A stretch of 64,000 nt of DNA from the human T2T-CHM13v2.0 reference genome, Homo sapiens (GCF_009914755.1 NC_060933.1); one strand, 5' to 3'; shown: positions 15,548-28,690, numbered from the stretch's first letter. Numbers and translations are program-made. Notes: a model not told the origin generated them from the sequence alone.

Positions 15548-17847
15548 ACAAATAGGTTTTGAGGATATTTGTATAAGCATAAACATCTTCTAGATAATTT
15601 CAAAATAGAACAGAAGTATATCAGTTCTTACCACAGTAAAATTTTTAAAAGATTTTAAGTATACCAATGTATATTAATAGGCAAAAACGAACAAGAAAAA
15701 AAAGAGTACCTTCAACATCCCCTTCATGTAGTTAAGGTAATTTTCCTTTCTGATGTGCAGTTGACATGTTTAAAGACCAGTCATTTCGTTGGACAGTTTT
15801 CTTTTACAATTAGGACCTTTACTTAGGTTAATCTTGACAAAGCTTGGCTTATCTTCACATGCAATAACAATCACTGCTTACTATGCTTTCAAAATGTGCT
15901 TTATGAAACAAAGAGGCCATGGTAAATGTCCATTTTCAAATGGAATAACATTTCCATTTCACCCAAGTTTTGTCAGGGAATTTGTCAGGGAATTAAGCAT
16001 TAGGTCTACCAAGAGCCATAACATAAATTTTGACATATTAAATAGGGACCAGTGACTAGGAGACACTCTAATAATGTCCCTTCCATGATACTTAGATAAA
16101 ATCCACTCCAGATCTGCAACTTCTTTCAGAAGAATTTGGCCTCGCTATGCACTAATAATATAATGGTCATTTGGGGGCAAAATTTATTCAAGGTACTCAT
16201 TTATACTACATGTGCCATGCAGTCCCGCATGCTCTTCTTCATGCTTCCGTTGTTAACTATGATCTCCTCTTGCCCTTTTTAAATATATCAGCACTACGCA
16301 TGTAAATGTTCTGAAAGTATCCCTAATATTAAATGGTTTCTTTTTGTTTCCAGTTTACCTGCCTAACATTAATATGAGAAGATTACATGGTACCTTGCAG
16401 ACAAAAAACCACTCTACACTAGTGTGGTAGGCAAGAATGGCCCTAGATAAAATCATGAAATAAATACCCTTATTCCTGCAACCCTTCTATACCAACATTC
16501 CTCTGTAATTCCTTGTGCCCCTAGAATCTCAGGGTTCTCAATTAATCCTGGTTACAAAGAATAGTGGACTGATTAATATTCTCACATTGAATCATCCTGT
16601 AACTTCCACAGAGTTGGAAGTTATAAACACAAAGGAATAAATTCCTAATGGTGGAATTTCAAACCTGAACTACATATTACTTAAGGAGTTATTTTGTGGT
16701 GTGGGGCTTTCTTTTTGCCCCTCCAAGCATACCATCTAAATGACTACTCATTTCACCCCCACATAAGAATAGCAATGGTTCCATTATGCAGGCAGGCTTT
16801 CCAGATAAGATCTAAAGCAGCTTTCTAGAATTCTTCTTATTCCATTAACTTCACTAGCAAGAAACAGTCAGGAGCAAAATTCAGTCCTGTTCTGCCCTTT
16901 CCAGGCCTGAAAGTTGCATGTAATCTAAGATTGATGGGCGAAGTGACATGATTCTGGCCCATATGTCAACTGCAAAGATTCCATACTATATCCCCCCTTG
17001 ATGGAGTTAGGGTAATCCAGGAAACAACCATAATCTGGGTAGAGGGCATTCTGGAGAAGGTAGGACATGTGCAGGACTCTCATAGCTGAAAGAACATAAT
17101 CCCAGGGCAGGAGAGTAGGCTTTTATAGGTAACTGTTCCCAGTGATGGGGACAGTGAAGAAAGATATGTATGTCAGAGGAAAATACCTTGGATGTTGATC
17201 TTCAGCTTCTAAGAAGAAGATCTGAGCTCTTAGGGGCCAGATGGCTATCTCCAGTATCCAGACTGACACTAAGGTACACCACATCCTCATGAGTAGGGAG
17301 TCAACAGCAGAGTGCTGAGTTAGAACATCGCTTTGTGGCAATGAAGAATGCCCTTGAAGACATGGTACGCCCCATTACTCAGTGCCTTACTATGCCAAAG
17401 CAATGGCAGGAAAAGCTTTGTTTCCTTGAAGGCATGGGTACTTTTCATTCATTTTGCCAATAATAACTGGCCAGAGAACTGACTGTACGTTCCTACTGTT
17501 TCAGCTGCCTGGAGACTTTGAACAAAGACTGTAGTTAAATTATTACAAAGAATTGAGGTTTTATAGTATACAAATTTGTTCTCATTTGTCTCAGTCTTGA
17601 TTTCTTACTCAAATTGTGTTTTTGAAATCATTCTTTTCTTTTTATTGTTTCTTTGCTTGTAATATGTTATTTTTAAAGATACAGTTGTCTTAGGTCACTC
17701 CTATGTCAAATATTTTGCCTAATGAAGCAGAAGAGGTGGTAAGAGAAATATCTAGATACCACAATAATAAGACATGTCACCTCTTATCTCTCTCAGACAG
17801 TTCTACTTCTTAGCAGAAAGGTCCAATGAAGTGCACAGCAAAGTATG

Positions 17848-18020
17848 GGCTCATGACCACATTCAAAAAATCCCCTCAAGTGTTTATTTTAAATGCCTAT
17901 TTTCAGGTTCATCCAACACACGCTGAACCAGGAACTTCGGGGTGAGTCCCAGGAATTTAAGGTTTCAATAAGCAATGCTTAATATACTAATTGCATTCAA
18001 GTTAGAGGACCAGTGGTCTA
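17848..18020. mobile_element. MER5-like hAT element
   Basis: GGGGTGAGTCCCAGGAATTT...AATAAGC...AAGTTAGAGGACCAGTG pattern. Confidence 0.6.
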
Positions 18021-19344
18021 AGGAAAAGACCTCACACTCTCCTTGCATGTCCTAGACAAAAGCTAAAGCAACTTTAGTTTTAAGAATCTGAATTTGAACT
18101 TGGAGGATGGGTCATGCCTTATACTGCTTTATCATCTAAATATCATGAGATTTCTTAATATAAGTTAGTCAGAACTTTAACTTCTAAAATTCTATCTTTC
18201 AATTAGTATTATGATAATCATACAAATGTAAGGCTTAGTTGAATACCAGCTTACAAAATCGAAATGACTCATGTTTTAACTTGGTGAAGAGCACCTATAT
18301 GTTTACAAAAAATTCAAGAGACAGCAAAAGTCCTGGCATCACTTTTGCCATTGTTGGCAGCTATAGGTCATCTGCCAATGTTTTGCCTATCTCCAAAAGT
18401 ATTTAGTGCTAGGGAACCATGACTGCATTTCATTTGCCTGATGCCACATCAAATTAGTTCCAATAATGATAATGGTTTGGTACTATTATGTGCAAACCAA
18501 ATGGTTTTGTGTCACCTGTTTACCTGTTTTATAAGAACAATGGATCTCTGTAGTTAGACCTGAATATTTACACTAATTATGTTTTCATTTTCATTTGTGT
18601 TTAGGTAACAGGAGTGAGAAAAATGTTTATTAGCTCTCAAATAGAGGTAAAAACACTAATTAAAGAGGAAAAGGTGAAATGTTATTCCAGTCAAATGCTA
18701 ATCTAATCTAATAACAATTAGAGCATTTGTAGCAAATGGAAACATCTCAGAGTAAGAATGCTATTATCATTTTAAAATCATATGGTACTCTTCTCTGCTA
18801 ATCATTAATTAATCTTGCACTCTGTTATCACCAACTTGATGATCCCATTTGAAACCAGTTGAGCCTGTGCCTTGCACATTTTGCCAGAAAATTTGCTATG
18901 CTAAACTTATTCTTATACTGCTAGATCATAAGTCTGCTAAAAGTCAAACCTTAAATCAACTGGCAGATTATAGTTTACAACTTTATGAATGCCCTTTATA
19001 AGCTATCAAAGCCATTTGTAGACTTTTACGAAGCAACAGAGTGTAATGAAGTTATTTTGGGTGGAAGTCGATGTGCTAAATGGAATCAGCTGACCCACGA
19101 TTTATCCAAGAGTTTGTTAAGTAAGCATGTCAGCCTCTACTTAGATGGTGAGAAATAACTGCAGTGTCTCTAAAGGTATTCTACTTGTAAAAAATTCTGT
19201 GTTCCTCTGTCTCTCTCTACCTCTAATTGTACATTTTCTATTCCCTCTCTCTAGTAACTCTACCATGTACTTAACAATTTAACTCTAGAAAATTCAGCAT
19301 GCAAATTGGTCTCATGAAGAATGATTGTCATAATAACTAATATT

Positions 19345-19562
19345 TTGGCCAAGAATGAAGATAGACAGAGCTAAAAAGAGCCCAACACACAGTGAGGAGC
19401 CAAGTTCAATCAGACCTAGGACTTGAAGCGCAGTTGCTCAGCCAAGTGCAGCCTAGTTCATCTGACTCAGCTGACTCACACTCTACATGCAGGAAGAATA
19501 AAAATAAATGAATCACTGTGTTATAGGAGTAGTTTGTTGCACAACAATGGCTGACTGACACA
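19345..19562 (+). mobile_element. Old MaLR LTR (MLT1-family) 3' part
   Basis: AATAAA then GTAGTTTGTTGCACAACAATGGCTGACTGACACA terminus. Confidence 0.65.
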
Positions 19563-20530
19563 GATCTTCTGTGAAGTAAGACAATTTGCCTAACAGTAGA
19601 CTTTCCAACAGCAATGATGAAGCTAGAAGTCAATAAAATAATATTTCCAATGTGCTGAGATAAAATAATAGCCAACCTAGAATTCTATAACCCAAACAAC
19701 TATTTCTAAATAGTTAGATGAACAAGAAAAAAGTGCATTTGCAATCAACAGACATTCACCAAAGAAACATCCAGAAGGAAATATATGGTCCCTAGAAGGA
19801 AAGTCTGAGAAAAGAATGGTGAGCAAAGAAGTTGGGAAATATGTAGTTATAATAAACAAACATGGGTGGCATAAAATATTTAGTCTGAATTACAAGGTTT
19901 TTACCTAAAAGATAGAATTAAAATACTAGGCAGTATCCTAATGAAACTAACATTTCTGGCATTCTTATAATACTCAAGAGAAGACTAAGGTAGTATCTGA
20001 TACGGTTTGGCTGTGTCCCCACCCAAATCTCATCTTGAATTGTAGCTCCCATAATTCCCATGTGTTGTGGGAAGGACCCAGTGAGAGATAATTGAATCAT
20101 GGGGGCACTTACCCTCATACTGTTCTCATGGTAGTGAACAAGTCTCATGAAATCTGATGGTTTTTTAAAGGGTTTCCCTTTTCATTTGGCTCTCATTCTC
20201 TCTTGCCTGCTGCCACGTAAGAAGTGCCTTTTGTCTTCTGCCATGATCGTGAGGCCTCCCCAGCCACGTGGAACTGTGAGTCCATTAAGCCTCTTTTTCT
20301 TTATAAATTACCCAGTCTTGGATATGTCTTTAACAGCAGCATGAGAATGGACAAATACAGTACCTATAGATTTTGTGAAGTTAAATGCATGTGGTAAAAT
20401 CTAAAAGTAACCACAAAAAGAACAGAAGTAAACTGTATAACATCTAAACTGATAGAAGGCAGAAAATTAGATAAGAGAAGCTAAGCAAGCTAATAAAAAC
20501 TTCAAATTTTTTTTAAAGTCAAGAAAAAAG
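19563..20530 (+). mobile_element. Old L1 (L1ME-like) ORF1/inter-ORF fragment interrupted by THE1
   Basis: GACTTTCCAACAGCAATGATGAAGCTAGAAG...CAACCTAGAATTCTATAACCCA ORF1 motif. Confidence 0.65.
19998..20359 (+). mobile_element. THE1B/C solo LTR (ERVL-MaLR)
   Basis: TGATACGGTTTGGCTGTGTCCCCACCCAAATCTC...AATACA, 362 bp, 5-bp TSD GTATC/GTACC. Confidence 0.93.
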
Positions 20531-21660
20531 CATAGTTTGATTGCTTCTAAGCTAGGAGAAATAATTTGAGTTATAGTATTGAATATGCAGGGTCCAAATA
20601 TCAATACAAGACATATAAGCAAGAGAGGACTTAATAAAGGGGCTAACCAATTCCATAAAGAAGACTGGAATTCATTAAAGAGGGATTGTAGCCACCCAGG
20701 GCTGAAGCCGGCATTTTCGCTGAGCCTGTTAATAAGTTTGATTTGATTTTTAAGTACTTGTAGATTTTCCTCTACTTTACCAGAGGTGTTAATCATTACT
20801 AAACCCAATAAAAAGTCCTAGCTGACTCAGTGATAGTAAAACTTTCATGCTTCCTTTTTGTCAGTAACTATTATCCCTGCTATAAGGATAATAATTAAGC
20901 TAAATACAACAGCAATGGAAACTCTGTCCAATACTACAGTTAGAAGGTGCTACTATGCATAAACCTATCGCAAATAGTATAGTGAATATAGCAATTTCCA
21001 CAAGTGTGGTGTAGTAGATAATTTCCATCTAAAATTTTACTTGCCAAGATATAGAATTTTCCTTTGGTGATCTATGAAGCCTTGGTTTTATTTTCCCAAA
21101 GAAACCTCTGGGTTATGGGCATCCTACTCACTTTCATTACCTGACAGAATTTGCAGGATAATTGCCTAGAACTAGCACATTGATGCAGATTTTTACACTA
21201 CCCATCCCTTTTTCTTTCTTCCAAACTGCAGGAGATTGCCACTTGATTCACAGGAATAAGCAGGGTTAGTCTAAAATGTAGGCAAAAAGCTTAAAAACAA
21301 TTAGAGACTAGGATTTAATGAGAAAAGTATGATAAGCTTTGGAGAACAGTTTTTCTCTCCAGTCCTCATTTTTTATAAAAATAAATTATGATAGGACTGT
21401 GTGTGTTGTTCATAGAATAAACTTTAGTCCTATACATGGCCTGATTATTTGCATAAGGTGCAGCAAGAAAGGTTATTTCTACATAGGCCTTTTGGATTGG
21501 CTTTGATGAAACTATGTTCCACAAGGAGTCTCAGATAAGACCTTTTAAAGCCAAGCCCAGCCATGGGATTGTGTCCTCAAATACCAGTGAGTTGGGTGAT
21601 CCTCTCCCCTTGAGGTCCCAAGATAAACTCAGAGCTCCCAGACCTGTTAGAAAGTGACAT
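20531..21660 (-). mobile_element. ERV1 (MER4-group-like) internal fragment without LTRs
   Basis: Env TM remnant at the left end; the rest resembles MER4-group non-coding internal sequence (AATAATCAGGCCA..., ATGTCACTTTCTAACAGG). Confidence 0.8.
20534..20793 (-). pseudogene. Gammaretroviral-type env transmembrane subunit C-terminal remnant
   Basis: INTSGKVEENLQVLKNQI...WNWLAPLLSPLLLICLVLIFGPCIFNTITQIIS.SLEAIKL: heptad end, membrane anchor with FGPC motif, cytoplasmic tail. Confidence 0.85.
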
Positions 21661-22778
21661 AGTGGTGCTGATGACTAACAAAAATAGTTCATTTTTACAA
21701 AGTGTATTTTTGTTGTTGTCCTGAATCATCACCTTGGTTACAGGAAGTAGAGCAAACTGACAGATACAAAGGGTTTTATAAAATACCTCTCTATTTAGGC
21801 AGATTCTCTGGAACATTCACCACCTCTAAGTCCAGTGGTGAGAAGTCATCTCTGCTCTGACTTATTGGCTCATTAGAAACCAGCAGCAATGCCTCCAGAA
21901 TTGAATCCTTTTCATTCATTATTCAATACTGGCATATTTTGGTATAAAGCATTGTATGAATTCAAAACTTCTCTTTGAAATGAAAGTTCTTAGGCTTTAC
22001 AAGTGTTTAGCCATCTTGTATTCAAATGTATGTCCTATTTAAAAGATCTAAAAATAGCAGTAGCACATGTGAATGAAAAATAATCTTTTGAGGTGTTTTT
22101 CTCTTGTTTAGGTTGTGCTTTATTAGCAAGATCCTTGGATACTGCATCTCTGTTACTGGTCTTTCGTATACCTTGTCTCAATTGGTTAGATGACTCAAAA
22201 CAATTTCCTCTAACTTAAAAACCAACTGGTAAATTTGATCAAGGAAGTAGTATAATCTGGAAATGGTATTGCTACTATATTTTTCAATAGATTAAAATAG
22301 TACAGTAAGTTATGTCTGTGAGTCATTTAACATAAATGCCAGCATGTAAACACTGTTGTAGACCAAAATGGAAAAGTAGCAATCTAGTCTTGCCATCAAC
22401 AAATAGATACTTGTTTTCATAAAAATCAGATTTATTCTTTAAATAATGTGCAAATTAAAAACTTTCATTCATTATCAGTAAGATATATAATCAAAATGTC
22501 AAAAGATAGATAATTTTGTACATCAAACAATCGTTTTGTAAATAAGCACAAAGGAAAAAATTTTTTAAAATCCAAGGAGCCAAGACTTGATTATTTATTA
22601 TTTTTCTTCTTGGTGTTAAAAATTATAAATAATGATGAGATTCTATTTGATCATCTGAAAATGAACAGTACTCATGCCCAAGGAATAAAAAGGGCATAGT
22701 AAAATAATCAACAATAGAAATACATTAGCAAAACCCATTAGTCATCTTTAATGTGACTACAAGAAGGCAGATAGTGGG

Positions 22779-23167
22779 TGTATTAATCCACTTTCACACT
22801 GCTATAAAGAACTGCCCAAGACTAGGTAATTTATTAAGAAAAGAGGTTTAATTGACTCACAGTTCCACATGGCTGGGGAGGCCTCAGAAAACTTATAGTC
22901 TTTGCGGAAGGGGAAGCGGAAGCAAGTACCTTCATCACAAGAGGGCAGGAAAGACAGAAGAGTGAAGGAGGAACTTCCAAACACTTATAAAACCATCAGA
23001 TCTCATGAGAACTCTCTAACTATCACAAAAACAGCATGGGGAAAACCACCCCCATGATCCAATCACCTCCCACCCTAGACAATGAGTATTACAGGTCCCT
23101 CCCTCAGCACATGGGGATTACAATCTGAGCTGAGATTTTGGTGGGGACACAGAGCCAAACCATATCA
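22779..23167 (-). mobile_element. THE1D/MSTA-like solo LTR
   Basis: TGTATTAATCC...CCAAACCATATCA termini, 5-bp TSD GTGGG/CTGGG. Confidence 0.92.
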
Positions 23168-23199
23168 CTGGGGTGGGGGTTGGGTGGACATTTGGAAGA

Positions 23200-23805
23200 A
23201 GAGAACAGCACTGGGTTTCCTGATTTTTGAAGGCCTTTAATTTAAAGACAGGCCCCTCCTATCACCTTCCTGACTGATGGAAACCTATGCTTTTACTGGC
23301 TTGATGAAGAGAACAGATTTCATGGTAACCACAGCAACTAGAAAGTGAGGAGAGAAGTCCCAAAAGAAGAGAACTGGAGAGTGATAGCCCCAAATTCTAT
23401 GTGTATAAACAAACTATGTCCAAACCTCAGGTTGACATAAAATACTCATAAGCTGGGAAGATTCCATGTAGCTCAGCAAAGGCTAATAAAATTGAATGGA
23501 AATTTTGGCTTCTGCCCACACAGAAGAGGTTGAGTTAAAAGTTTGAATTCAGTCCATTTAACTGCATGATAGACAAAAAAAGAGGGAACTGGAAAAAAAA
23601 AACCTGCAGAGGAATGTAACGGGATGCAGAATCTCTGCAATGTATGCTCATAATGTACAGTATATAACCCATAATCACTAGAAATAAAGAATCAGAAAAA
23701 TGTGACTCAGATTCGAGGAAAAAGGTAATCGTTAGAGACTGATCCTTAAATAACTCAGATATTAAAGTTAGGAGAAAGACTTTGAGGCAGATTTTATAAC
23801 TGCCC
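23200..23805 (+). mobile_element. Old L1M 5'UTR/ORF1-start fragment
   Basis: AATCAGAAAAATGTGACTCA...ACTCAGATATTAAAGTTAGGAGAAAGACTTT resembles L1M ORF1 start. Confidence 0.5.
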
Positions 23806-23935
23806 TTTAACTAAATATTCAAAAATTATAAATCAAGCCAATTAAGTTTCAAATAAAACTTATTATATCTCCTGCCTTGAAGAAAATGCTTTCACAATGA
23901 CCTGAAAGATCAGATCCAAATTCAGAGTTCCTGAA

Positions 23936-25340
23936 AGGGAATCCTTGTACGCTGTTGGTGGGAATGTCAATTACTACTCTAATTATAGAAAACATCAGGG
24001 AGGTTCCTCAAAAAATTAAAAACAAAACTACCAAATGATCCAGCAATTCCACTACTGAGTACATATCAAATGGTTATGAAATTGGTTGTTGAAAAGATAT
24101 CTGCACTCCCCTGCTCCCTGAAGCAATTTTATAACAGCCAAGCAACAGAATCAACTTAAGTGTCCATCAACGGATAAATAGATAAAAAGAAAATGTAGTA
24201 CCTATACACAATAAAACATTATTCACCTTAAAAAAGAAGGAACATCTGTCATTTGCAACAACATGGATGAACCTGAAGGATATTATGTTAAGTGAAATAA
24301 ACCAGGTACGGAAAGACAAATACCATATAATCTCACTCATATGTGGAATCTAAAAAAGTCAAACTTGTAGAGGGTAGAATGGTGGTTACTAGGGGTTGGC
24401 TGAAGGTGGAAGAGAGAGGGATTAGTGAGATATTGGTAAAATGATAAAAAAAAATTCAGTTAGACAGGAGGAATGAGTTTGGAAGAATTTTTTTTGTATT
24501 TGCTAGCTTCCTTTTATTTATTTATTTATTTTTTTATACTTTAAGTTCTAGGGTACATGTGCACAACATTCAGATTTGTTACATAGGTATACACGTGCCA
24601 TGCTGGTTTGCTGCACCCATCAACCTGTTACCTACATTAGGTATTTCTCCTAATGCTATCCCTCCCCCAGTCCCCCACCCCCCGATAAGCCCTGGTGTGT
24701 GATGTTCTCTGCCCTATGTCCATGTGTTCTCATTGTTCAGCTCCTACTTATGAGTGAGAACATGTGGTGTGTGGTTTTCTGTCCTTGTGAGAGTTTGCTC
24801 AGAATGATGGTTTCCAGCTTCATCCATGTCCCCATAAAGGACATGAACTCATCCTTTTTATGGCTGCATAGTATTCCATGTGTATATATGCCACTTTTTC
24901 TTAATGCAGTCTATCACTGATGGACATTTGGGTTGGTTCCAAGTCTTTCCTATTGTGAATAGTGCTGCAATAAACATACATGTACACGTGTCTTTATAGT
25001 AGCATGATTTATAATCCTTTGGGTATATACCCAGTAATGGGATCACTGGGTCAAATGGCATTTTTAGTTCTAGATCCTTGAGGAATTGCCACACTGTGGA
25101 AGAATTATTTTATGACTCAATGACATGTTACTATAGTTAATAACTATGTATTGTATGCTTGAAATTGCTAAGAGAGTTGATTTAAAGTGTTCTTATCACA
25201 AAAAAGTATATGAAGTAATGGATATGTACATTAGCTTAATTTAGCCATTTTATAATATATACATATATCAAAACATATTATATGCCATAAATATATAAAA
25301 ATTTTGTCAACTAAAAAATTAATTAATTGAAAAATCAAAA
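23936..25340 (+). mobile_element. L1MA (L1MA6-9-like) 3' end, interrupted by an antisense L1PA
   Basis: ORF2 end plus 3'UTR TTCAGTTAGACAGGAGGAAT...TTGAAATTGCTAAGAGAG; degenerate TSD AGAGTTCCTGAA/GGAATTCTTGAA. Confidence 0.85.
24496..25096 (-). mobile_element. 5'-truncated L1PA6-8-like element with probable short 3' transduction
   Basis: Reverse L1PA 3'UTR and ORF2 end (ORF 24858-25094); TSD TGGAAGAATT at 24480-24489 and 25097-25106. Confidence 0.92.
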
Positions 25341-25809
25341 ACAAGGAATTCTTGAACTCCTTGAAGTTCTAGGCCAAAATTCAATGGCCCAAGGGAGTGT
25401 GGCAGCACCCTGGCTGCATTCATGCAAACTCCTGCCCTTATGCCCCCCATTTCATCCCACACCTCAAGGTGGTCCACATACCTACCTGTGGACATTCCAG
25501 CTCACAAGCCTACCTGGGCTGTGCACACCATGGATGGTTTATGCTCAGGAGGACACACTGGGCAGAAGTCTATACAAGTTTGGGGGACAGTCTGGGGACC
25601 TTCTGTGCAGAGAACACCAAGGATCTGAGTACCCTACTTGTGGTCCAGAAAGAGTCACCAGCTCTGAATGAACATGTTCACTTGGCTCCTTAGGCTCTTG
25701 CTGCTCGGGAAAGGATACAGCCAGGGGAGACTCAGAATAGATCCTTTTAAGTGTAGGATCCAGGGCAAGAGCTCTTTTGAGAAGGCTAAAGTGGTACAGG
25801 TCATAGAAG

Positions 25810-25990
25810 ACATTGGGCTTTGGAAAAGTTTCCAGCCCTAGATCTTCTACTTACAAGTTATGTGACCTTGGGCAATTCACTTAACTTCTCTCTGCCTCAG
25901 TATCCACATCTATAAAGTGAGAATAATAATAGTCTCTAGTGTTTTGTAGAGATTAAATGAGATCATGCTCTCTGTGCACAAAATGCTCTC
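25810..25990 (+). mobile_element. MIR SINE
   Basis: Core TGTGACCTTGGGCAATTCACTTAACTTCTCTCTGCCTCAGT. Confidence 0.85.
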
Positions 25991-26239
25991 AATTTTTGCT
26001 GTTGTTATTTTAGTTTTGTGGTTATTGCTATTGCCAAACTTATTGTTTTCCACTGATCTGTAGGATTTCTATCTCTGAATGGTTTTAAAGTATAAGCTGT
26101 TAACTTTTAAGACCTATATAACAATATTAAAAAAAAATCACTGTACTATCTGAGTTGACAGTGAGCCTTTCAAATTTTTCTTAGCTTCCAGATACTGAAT
26201 AATGCACAAGTTCTTGCAAACATCCATACTGAATGAGAG

Positions 26240-26440
26240 TGCTTACATTTATTGGGTGTCTATTAAATGCCAGGCTTTGGGCCTAAGATTCTATATGAAG
26301 TATTTCATTTAATGTCTTTAATAAAGCTGTGGATCAGGAACTTCCTCCATCTTACAGATGAGCAAACTGAGGTTCAGAGAGGTTAACATCCAGAAGATCA
26401 CACTGTTACAAAGGTAGACAAATGGAGATTCAGATCAAGT
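26240..26440 (-). mobile_element. MIR SINE
   Basis: Reverse core TTACAGATGAGCAAACTGAGGTTCAGAGAGGTTAA. Confidence 0.85.
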
Positions 26441-26749
26441 GGCTTCCATGATTTTTGATTCAAGTAGTTTGAAAACTGCTACCTATTGTTAGAAATGCCC
26501 TTTATTGTGGATATAATTTAAGGAAAGCAATGCTATTCTGCTTTCAGATCCTTCCTGGTCATGATTCCCAGCTCACAGAACATGAATAAATAATTGCATC
26601 TTATACATGATGTAAAGGTCCTAATCACCTTTAAATGCACAGCATGGATCTATTTCTTCCTATCTACACAGGAAGATGCAAAAGCAAACTTCAGGAATTA
26701 GAAAATCATGAAGAAACTACCTGAGTAAAAGACAAAGAGATCTAAAAAT

Positions 26750-26786
26750 GAGAGAGAGAGAGAGAGAAAGAGAAAGAAGGAGAGAG
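26750..26786. repeat. (GA)n-rich repeat
   Basis: Read directly. Confidence 0.85.
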
Positions 26787-27459
26787 GTAGCTTTTATTAT
26801 AGAGAGTGTCTTTGCAGCTGTAGCACATGTAATAATGGTGATCTTAAGCAGGGAAAGAAAATGACAATAAATGTAGTATCACTCCCAACCTTCCCGCTCC
26901 CTCCTTTCAATCTACAAGTATTATTTAATCATCAGCTGCTTGTCAACAATCTACTCCTGCAAAAATATTTGAAGAAATTACTAAAGAGCAACACAGTGAA
27001 GCAACAGTGAACAAGACCCAGAGCATTCCAGAGTTCTGACCATTCAGAAGGGCAGGCTACACTCAGAAGCTGTATTAAGTTCCCTTTTATTTATCTGTGT
27101 TACCTTTTGTCTCTAAAACTCAACAGGCACCATATTCCATCTAGTCTTCTTTATAACTTATCTGCTGCATACACTCTAACAATTTAACAGAGCTTGCCCT
27201 GCTTGTTTGGCTTTTGGTTTTGGTTTGCATACCTTGCTAGTCCTACTAGAAGGCAGGCCCCAACATGGCAGGTATTTTGCCTCAAGCCACCTTGTTTGCC
27301 ATATGGTTTCTCAGTGTGCCCATGGAATAGTTGAGCTGATACTGAAAGAAGCCAAGTGAAAAAGGCTTTGGTTGAATAAGAAATCAAAAGGAACTGCATC
27401 CGATCTTCTTTTCCTGTCCCTCTTGGCTTTCAGATTTTCTCAGAATTCTACATTTACAC

Positions 27460-27640
27460 ACTACCTTGCTCACTGTTTATTGCCTTTGTCTCCCACTGGA
27501 CTGTGAGTTCTAGGACAGAAGCAATCCAGGTTTGTTTTGTTCACCCTTGTTTTCTCAGAATACAACACAGTGGTCTGATTCATAGTGAGCACTTAGCACT
27601 GAGCACTTATTTGTTGAATCGAGTGAATGGATGGGTAGCT
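27460..27640 (+). mobile_element. L2 LINE 3' end
   Basis: TGTCTCCCACTGGACTGTGAGTTC...TATTTGTTGAATCGAGTGAATGGATGG. Confidence 0.75.
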
Positions 27641-28029
27641 GGTTGGGTGGATAAAAGGAGTCAGATGGTCTCTTCTGTATGCAGATTTCTGAATTCCTTG
27701 AAGCCCTACAAGTGCAGCATAACAGAGGAACGCGATGTCTTCATTCTGCTGTGATCGTGGGTGGAGCAGATGGGAATTTTTCAAACAGAAGGATATTTAA
27801 GAACTGTTTTTAGGACTACAGGGAGTGAGAAAGAGTGGGCTGGGCTAATGACTGGACAGTTGGGCATCAGCATAGTCAATAGAGGCTTTAATTCAAACAG
27901 CTTCAAATTACATATTTACTAAATCCTGACTGTGCTGCTATTTGGGTCATGAGATCTTGAGTGAATTTTTTCTTCTCCCTGTATTTTTCTTAAAGTTGTT
28001 TAATGAGTTTGCTTTTTGAACTGGAAAAA

Positions 28030-28155
28030 GTCATATTCAGAGTATTTATTAAACACCTAATATATGCTTAATTTTGTGAGAGACAGAATTGAGGAGACAC
28101 AGAGAAAGAAGGCAAGAGGCATGGTTCCTACCAAAAAGGAGCTTACAATTTAGGT
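28030..28155 (-). mobile_element. L2 LINE 3' fragment
   Basis: GTATTTATTAAACACCTA...GGAGCTTACAATTTAG. Confidence 0.55.
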
Positions 28156-28690
28156 TTAGACTTAGAAGAGTCAAAAGCTGTATTTAGTTGTATGTATTGC
28201 TAAGATCTCTGCATGAACTTCTCTTCTTATATCAGCATTAGTATCGAATTGGTGCAAACTCAGTGTGGTATTTTAGGAGCTGCAGAACACAGGCAAACAG
28301 CCAAGGAATCTCCCTCATGTTTGCAAAACTGAAAGGCAGACTATTCAGATTTGTAAAGAAAATCTGGGGCATATTATTTGCAGTTTCTGGGGGTGATGAG
28401 ACTTCTTGAAAAGAGATTTTCATGATTAATGGTTTCTTAAAAGATGTGACTGCTTTTCTGGTTTTTCTAAACAAAGTTCTTTGAGAGATATTCTCATTTT
28501 TCCAGTGAAACTTACGTTAATTGATATTGAATTGGCAGTTTTAAAATCCATGGCACATTTGATAAGTTCTCTGTCTTAGACTAGCAGAAGCCCAAGGGTT
28601 TCTAGGGAGTGGCAGGATAATACGTTGGTACTTTGGGAGAAGGAAATACAATTGGAGAGAGAGCAGTGCAACCATACCAAGAATCTTTCT

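Larger units (their letters stand above)
23810..25798 (-). mobile_element. FordPrefect-like (hAT-Tip100) DNA transposon split by L1 insertions (pieces ~23810-23935 and ~25345-25798)
   Basis: Minus-strand start CTGTACCACTTTAGCC...GCCCTGGATCC and continuation GAATTTGGATCTGATCTTTCAGGTCATTGTGAAAG match the recalled FordPrefect consensus across the L1 gap. Confidence 0.7.

Noticed and set aside
20467-20808. Domesticated env (syncytin-like) gene
   Set aside because: Only the TM C-terminus remains; no signal peptide, SU, furin site, fusion peptide or LTR promoter.
25327-25693. Three overlapping ORFs in a GC-richer stretch
   Set aside because: They lie in a FordPrefect-like DNA transposon end.
25810-26440. 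Inverted MIR pair as a dsRNA or miRNA source
   Set aside because: The copies are too diverged for a stable long duplex.
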